In this document: positions 58,892 to 64,000 of the stretch, piece after piece
Layout: each line of letters starts with the position of its first letter
Numbering within the stretch: the first letter of the stretch is position 1
NCBI GenBank assembly: GCA_963719505.1
Contig: CAVRCF010000002.1
Location: forward strand, 128,001-192,000
Source: Halobacteriovoraceae bacterium
GTDB taxonomy: Bacteria > Bdellovibrionota > Bacteriovoracia > Bacteriovoracales > Bacteriovoracaceae
Reading direction: 5' to 3'
Length of the DNA stretch: 64,000 nucleotides
Made by a program: the position numbers and the translations under genes
The notes under the pieces: model-generated
The model's input: only the letters and a program-made list of their open reading frames with translations
Told to the model about the DNA's origin: nothing
Databases searched by the model: none

Positions 58892-59764
58892 ATGAAATAT
58901 CTTTTTATAATTCTTCTCATCTCTTCTTGTAATGCTCTGACTTTATTAAGCAATAAAACAAGTCGCGTTGACGAGGGATTTGAAGAAGATGAGCTTAACG
59001 AGCAATATGATAACCTTGTGTGTCCAGGCGGATACTCAAAAGTTTCAGGAAGCTCTTCATTTGGAACCAATACTTTTTGTGTCATGAGATTTGAAGCTAA
59101 GAATGTCAGTGGAGTTGCAAAGTCTCAGCCGGAGCTTACGCCGTGGTTCGGAACTGGGGTGGATCTAAGTGGCGCTAAGGCTATATGCCAAAGCTTGGGA
59201 ACAGGTTACGACTTAATCTCTAATCCTGAGTGGATGACTATCGCAGCAGAAATAGAACTTAATGGCAATAACTGGGATTCAGGATCAGTTGGAACGGGGT
59301 GTATTGTCAGAGGAAATTCAGGAGATACCGCTGGTAATTGCGGATACAATAATGCAGGAAATATAGACTTTGGACCTACCACTGGCCGAAACGTCAAAGC
59401 CCGTCACTTTTTAGCAAACGGGCAAGAGGTTTGGGACTTATCTGGTAATGTTCAGGAATGGGTAGATTGGACACTGGGGGGATCTGCAGATACTGGACCC
59501 ACCATTTGTACTGGCTCAGATATAGAGCTCAATGCTGTCAGTTGCGGTGGACTAACTGCAATCGACTATCAACCCCAAGATCCGACTCTAGATTCAACTC
59601 GAGGTGCTGGTAAGTTCTTTGGTGGAACTGGTGGTGGGATTATCAGAGGCGGAAGCTATCTCAACTTAGCTACCACCGGGATCTATCGCCTTACGACCAA
59701 CAGTCTTCCTACCAATACAACAAGTGTTATTGGCTTTCGCTGCGTCTATCGTGGTGATCAATAA
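58892..59764 (+). CDS. Lipoprotein with FGE-sulfatase/C-type-lectin-fold domain
   Basis: Lipobox ISSC; FCVMRFEA, LISNPEW, DLSGNVQEW, RGGSY, IGFRC. Confidence 0.85.
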   Translation: MKYLFIILLISSCNALTLLSNKTSRVDEGFEEDELNEQYDNLVCPGGYSKVSGSSSFGTNTFCVMRFEAKNVSGVAKSQPELTPWFGTGVDLSGAKAICQSLGTGYDLISNPEWMTIAAEIELNGNNWDSGSVGTGCIVRGNSGDTAGNCGYNNAGNIDFGPTTGRNVKARHFLANGQEVWDLSGNVQEWVDWTLGGSADTGPTICTGSDIELNAVSCGGLTAIDYQPQDPTLDSTRGAGKFFGGTGGGIIRGGSYLNLATTGIYRLTTNSLPTNTTSVIGFRCVYRGDQ

Positions 59765-59765
59765 T

Positions 59766-60239
59766 CTACCAAGCGTGACGGGCCCCTTGCTTAATCATTT
59801 TTTTCATCGCCTCATCAATTGAATCATGACTCAAATAGACGTGGCTTCCAGAGTATTTAAGGGGAACACGAATCTGTCCGACACAGGCATAAAGATCTGA
59901 GCCGTCGGCTTTAGCCTTTTTAATGGCTTCCTTTATCATTTTCTTTTGTGTTCTAAATTTATCTTTTAAAGAGAAAGCGGTGAAAGATTTTTGTTCAACT
60001 TCACCCAAAATTAGATCGTAGTTATCTTCACTGGAGCCGTTAACGGTATAGCCGATGGGATTGTTAAACTTAGTCATTAGGACATATTTAGAATTTAATC
60101 CAAAAATGCTTGGTTCAAGACGTTTGAGAATCTTTCCATTTCGCGCCTTGATGACTTCACCACAGTTCATATTGATAGTGAAAGCCTGAGCAAGGGCGCA
60201 AAAGCTAAAAGCTGCGAGAGTGAGTAGTGTTTTATTCAT
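59766..60239 (-). CDS. Secreted hypothetical protein
   Basis: GAGG RBS; signal peptide MNKTLLTLAAFSFCALAQA. Confidence 0.7.
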   Translation of the reverse strand: MNKTLLTLAAFSFCALAQAFTINMNCGEVIKARNGKILKRLEPSIFGLNSKYVLMTKFNNPIGYTVNGSSEDNYDLILGEVEQKSFTAFSLKDKFRTQKKMIKEAIKKAKADGSDLYACVGQIRVPLKYSGSHVYLSHDSIDEAMKKMIKQGARHAW

Positions 60240-60339
60240 GTTTACCTCGGGTTTTCTTTTGAGTTTATCAAAGAAGAAGAAGGCAATGGGAGGATTTGAA
60301 AATAATCCCAGGCCTGTCAAAACAATCGACAAAAATATG

Positions 60340-62089
60340 GTAACTGCTCAATATTGTGTTTAAATTTATAGGATTTAAATAGCTTGAACTAGCTTGCCCA
60401 GGTATGGAATTTCTTCTCGTTGGGAGATTCGATCTTCTAAATATCGCCAAAAACTCAAATTTATTTTTCTACAAGTTGAGGCCAGTGAAAGCATCAAGTC
60501 CCAAGACTTCATTCCTTTCAATGAGCGGTTTTGAAGTGAGATTTTTCTTTTTATCACTCGTTCTCGAAGGTCTCTTTCGCAAAGGTTATTATCCAGAGGA
60601 AGTTGTGGGTATTTCAAAAATAGTAAAAGTTTATCTCTATTCTTTCTTGTTCTTCCAAGCTGTGCATCCAGTGGTTTAACTAATGTTTTTAAAGACGTGA
60701 TCCTCTCAAATTCTGATCGAATCTGTATTCTCTTAACGGTGTCAGGATTATTCCTGTACCTCTTCATGAGCTTATAAAAAGCTCTCCACTGACGAACCAA
60801 TTTCTCAAGGGTTTCACTCTCTATTCTTTTGAAAACCTCACATAGCTTATATTTACGAATCTCATGCACCCAACAAAGCTGATGGTTCCTATGAAGCCCA
60901 TTAAAATTTGTCCCTTCATCTGAGATTAAAAATCTTATTGGTGGTCCATTCGCTCTAGAGTTCGCATAACTAAGTGCACCAGCAGTTCTAACGATATCTT
61001 TTTGTTTTTTAGTTACATCTGAGAAAGTCGAATCTTCAAAAAAGACCTCTAATTCTTCTCGACTAAAACTTATCTTCTTTTCTAGAAGGTTAAAAAATAC
61101 TGTAACCTTGGGACGTTTTAGTTTCTTACCAATAAAATCAATTGCAGCTCTATCGAAAATAAACCTTTGCTCACCTCCAAAGAGTGCTCCCACCGATGCC
61201 CAACGATTCTTTTCAAAACTCGTAGTGAAGCTAGTAAAGTACTTATGGCTTACTCCAAATGTGTAAGCTTTTACTCCATTAACTTTCGCCCCAGTATCAT
61301 CGATATGAACTTTCGAATCTCTTTTTAGTCCTGCATGTCTTGCGGATTCCAGATCAACCTGAAAGTCATCAGTCAGGTTATTTAGAATTGAATTTATAGT
61401 TCCAGCACTAATATCAATTTTTAGCTCAGAGAGCATTTCTCTAATCTTTTCGTGGGGAACTCTTAATTTGTAATTCAAATAAAGAATGTGGGCCCGAAGT
61501 TTAGGACCAAACTGATGGCCCTTGAAACCTGAAGGTATCTCACCTTCGATAACTCTACTAAGACTTTCAGAGTAATATCTCTTAATAGAGAATTTTATAT
61601 TTCTGCGATTAAATACTATTTCTTGGACCACAACATCTCTAGAACCGATGAATTTAGCGTCTTTAGGGAGTTCATTTTTATCTGGAGAAATTTCAATCTC
61701 TTCATCAACTTCGATATCTTTCTTTTTAGACTTTTTCTTATGTTCTTTCTTCGGAGGTGGATTTAGGTCACTAGTATTTGTTGGCTTTATTTTAGGTTTT
61801 TCTTTTTCACCTTTGAGACGACGAACTTCATCTATGAGTTCACTATTCTTTTTTTCCAACTCTGAATTTTCTATAGTAAGGTCTACAGCACGCTGAGCAG
61901 TCTCTTTTAACTTTCTTTTGAGTTTGCCTTTATTCCAAGTATTTACCCATCCCATTGCCATGTTTTTTAATTCATCAAATGCCATGGAGATATATTTACA
62001 AAAAAGAGATGGATGGCCAAACAATTTCTGATGTTTAGTTCAAAATAAATATTTTTAAAGATTTGAAGAACACTTTATTGAGCAGTTAC
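60340..62089 (-). mobile_element. IS66-family element, copy 2 (1750 bp, inverted)
   Basis: Same TIRs; own 8-bp TSD AAAATATG (60332-60339 and 62090-62097); identical transposase translation. Confidence 0.93.
60375..62024 (-). CDS. IS66-family transposase
   Basis: Protein identical to 52059-53708. Confidence 0.92.
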   Translation of the reverse strand: MFGHPSLFCKYISMAFDELKNMAMGWVNTWNKGKLKRKLKETAQRAVDLTIENSELEKKNSELIDEVRRLKGEKEKPKIKPTNTSDLNPPPKKEHKKKSKKKDIEVDEEIEISPDKNELPKDAKFIGSRDVVVQEIVFNRRNIKFSIKRYYSESLSRVIEGEIPSGFKGHQFGPKLRAHILYLNYKLRVPHEKIREMLSELKIDISAGTINSILNNLTDDFQVDLESARHAGLKRDSKVHIDDTGAKVNGVKAYTFGVSHKYFTSFTTSFEKNRWASVGALFGGEQRFIFDRAAIDFIGKKLKRPKVTVFFNLLEKKISFSREELEVFFEDSTFSDVTKKQKDIVRTAGALSYANSRANGPPIRFLISDEGTNFNGLHRNHQLCWVHEIRKYKLCEVFKRIESETLEKLVRQWRAFYKLMKRYRNNPDTVKRIQIRSEFERITSLKTLVKPLDAQLGRTRKNRDKLLLFLKYPQLPLDNNLCERDLRERVIKRKISLQNRSLKGMKSWDLMLSLASTCRKINLSFWRYLEDRISQREEIPYLGKLVQAI

Positions 62090-62199
62090 AAAATATGTCA
62101 TAACGGCATTTGACACAAAGCACGGTGCTCGATGCCTAGATCACTTTGGCCCCATTACCTTTTTACAGTACTAATTCTGAGTATTTAGCTCGGGTATTA

Positions 62200-62216
62200 T
62201 TGGCAATCCAATTGCA
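62200..62216 (+). promoter_or_regulatory. Sigma54 (-24/-12) promoter
   Basis: TTGGCAATCCAATTGCA with correct GG-N10-GC spacing, ending 38 bp before ATG 62255. Confidence 0.7.
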
Positions 62217-62254
62217 CAAAGGGGGTAAACAAGATTTTTAATTCTGGGGAATTT

Positions 62255-62980
62255 ATGTCAAAGGCAATTGCACTGCTGCTACTATTAACTTTTTCAATTC
62301 AGACGATGGCCCAAAGTTTTATGCCAAATAAGTCGGTTTCATCGATCATGCAAAAGTATGATTATCTTCTCAATGTTCATCCAGAAGCTCATTTAACACA
62401 GTTTAAAGAAGCTCAGCTTAAGAACTTTGAAATGGAGATCACTGAGATAGCAAAGACAAAATCTCCCAAGCAACTGAGAGCAGAAGTAAAAGCGATACTT
62501 AATCAAATTCCAACACGCGAGCAAAGAGTCACTTTTGATAAGATTATTAAAAACTCAACACCAAAAGAGATTGCAGCATTTTTATTAAACCCATCTCTTC
62601 TCCAATCAGCTCTTCAAGGGGAAGGTGCAAACTTCGCCTTAAACTTTAATAGTGAAAACCTTCTTCAATATATTACTTTGGCATTAGCTGCGGCTTTAAT
62701 TTTGGCCATCATTATCGAGGTTGTTAAAAATGCACAGTACGAGCACTTTAGAGCAAGTGTTGGTGGAAGCTGTGGTGGACTTAGTTCATTTGAAAAAGAT
62801 GCCATCAAGCAAAGAGCAAAAGATAAGTGTTATACACAAGCAAAATATCCAGGGACATGTGAGCAAGATGATTTTGGAACACAAACTGAATCCTCTTATG
62901 ATGAGTACGGTGATACGACTTCGACATGGGATATCTGTGAAGCCCATTGGAGAGCAAAAAAGAGACTAACGAGACTTTAA
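62255..62980 (+). CDS. Exported/membrane hypothetical protein, paralog 1
   Basis: Signal peptide; KYDYLL..HP; ALQGEGANFA plus hydrophobic helix; 4-Cys C-terminal domain. Confidence 0.8.
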   Translation: MSKAIALLLLLTFSIQTMAQSFMPNKSVSSIMQKYDYLLNVHPEAHLTQFKEAQLKNFEMEITEIAKTKSPKQLRAEVKAILNQIPTREQRVTFDKIIKNSTPKEIAAFLLNPSLLQSALQGEGANFALNFNSENLLQYITLALAAALILAIIIEVVKNAQYEHFRASVGGSCGGLSSFEKDAIKQRAKDKCYTQAKYPGTCEQDDFGTQTESSYDEYGDTTSTWDICEAHWRAKKRLTRL

Positions 62981-63002
62981 TTTAAATATCTGGGGAAACT
63001 TT

Positions 63003-63737
63003 ATGAAAAACAATATGAAAAACTATTTTATCTATTTATTAATATTCACCTTCTCTTTGCAATCAATGGCGAGCACGATGCCAAAAAATAATATTGCAAA
63101 TGTTTTAGTGAAATACGACTACCTTTTAACCGCTCATCCACAGGCCCATGAAGAAGGTTTTGCCAAAGACAATCTCAAGGCCATGAAAGAGGAGATCGCA
63201 AGTCTTACTCAGAATATGAGTAAAGAGGAGCTTAATGCTGAGCTTGAAACTGTTCTTCAAAAGGTTCCAACTATAGAGCAAAGAGTGGCCTTTAGAAAAC
63301 TTATAGAATCTTCAACGCCTGAACAAGTGGCGAAGTTTTTTTCCAATCCAAAATTACTGCAAGCGGCGCTCAGAGGAGAGGGAGCAAATTTTGCGATGAA
63401 CTGGGAAGAAAATGCAGCCGCTTATGTGCTTGCCGCTTTAGTTTTAGCTCTCGTTATCGCCGTCATCTTTGAAGCCATTAGAAATGCAAAATATCAATTT
63501 TTTACTTCTTCAAGTCCATGGGAATGTTCATACCTGTCTGAAATTGAAAAAAATGATCTTTTAAGATCTGCTCTTCGAAAGTGTCGAGAGGGTGCTAATT
63601 ATCCTGAGACTTGTGAAAGAGAGCACTACGGTGACCGAACCGAAACGTACACGTCATACAATGATGGAGAAGAAGAAACATACGAAGATACAGATTGTGT
63701 CGCAGAATATAGAGCTTTAAAAAAGGTGGATAAATAA
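63003..63737 (+). CDS. Exported/membrane hypothetical protein, paralog 2
   Basis: Same architecture: KYDYLLTAHP, ALRGEGANFA, hydrophobic helix, 4 Cys. Confidence 0.8.
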   Translation: MKNNMKNYFIYLLIFTFSLQSMASTMPKNNIANVLVKYDYLLTAHPQAHEEGFAKDNLKAMKEEIASLTQNMSKEELNAELETVLQKVPTIEQRVAFRKLIESSTPEQVAKFFSNPKLLQAALRGEGANFAMNWEENAAAYVLAALVLALVIAVIFEAIRNAKYQFFTSSSPWECSYLSEIEKNDLLRSALRKCREGANYPETCEREHYGDRTETYTSYNDGEEETYEDTDCVAEYRALKKVDK

Positions 63738-64000
63738 TGAAAAACTTACTGATATACATACTCGTTTTTACTTTCTCTTTCCAGGTGCTTGCTCAAACGG
63801 CTCCAAAGCCTTCGATCAACTCTGTTATGGCAAAGTATGACTACTTAATGACCGCTCATCCTCAAGCACACGAAGAGGCCTTTAAAAAAGATAATTTAGA
63901 AAAGTTTAAACAAGAACTGGCCACTTTAACTCAAAAAATGAGTAAAGAAGAAGTGGAAGCGGAACTTGAAATTCTTCTTGAAAAGGTGCCGACAAAATCT
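63737..64000 (+). CDS. Paralog 3 (runs off the window edge)
   Basis: TAATG overlap; MKNLLIYILVFTFSFQVLAQ...KYDYLMTAHPQAHEE. Confidence 0.8.
   Translation, partial: MKNLLIYILVFTFSFQVLAQTAPKPSINSVMAKYDYLMTAHPQAHEEAFKKDNLEKFKQELATLTQKMSKEEVEAELEILLEKVPTKS

Noticed and set aside
60240-60332. Extended start of ORF 59766-60332
   Set aside because: RBS and signal peptide point to ATG 60239.
51994-62089. Composite transposon that delivered the HDO operon
   Set aside because: Each IS66 copy has its own distinct TSD; no shared duplication flanks the pair.

Overview
AT-rich bacterial chromosome segment. The gene repertoire suggests a predatory Bdellovibrionota (Bacteriovoracaceae/Halobacteriovorax-like); this is an inference. 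Most of the window is housekeeping: guaD, mdh, speD, murD, kynA/kynU, aminopeptidase P, serC, tgt, gltA, mscS, serB, pgsA, glpX, yggS, arfB. Four accessory blocks stand out. (1) 28.4-32.6 kb: four tandem prepilin-like genes that all lack Glu+5, carry different C-terminal tip domains and share an upstream DNA motif. (2) 40.7-46.0 kb: four lipoproteins with long G-Y-x-x tetrad-repeat stalks and a conserved head, arranged A-B-A'-B' with lengths matched within each pair. (3) 50.3-58.8 kb: an island encoding a receiver, a heme-oxygenase-like diiron enzyme, a YjeH-like exporter, a periplasmic binding protein, a histidine kinase and a gamma-glutamylcyclotransferase. It looks like a make-export-sense signalling module and is split by an IS1202/ISNCY-type element that itself carries a nested IS66-type element. 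(4) A second copy of that IS66-type element and a sigma54-preceded array of paralogous exported proteins at the right edge. Several genes carry frameshifts or in-frame stops, probably at least partly sequencing errors. No rRNA, tRNA or CRISPR array was seen.
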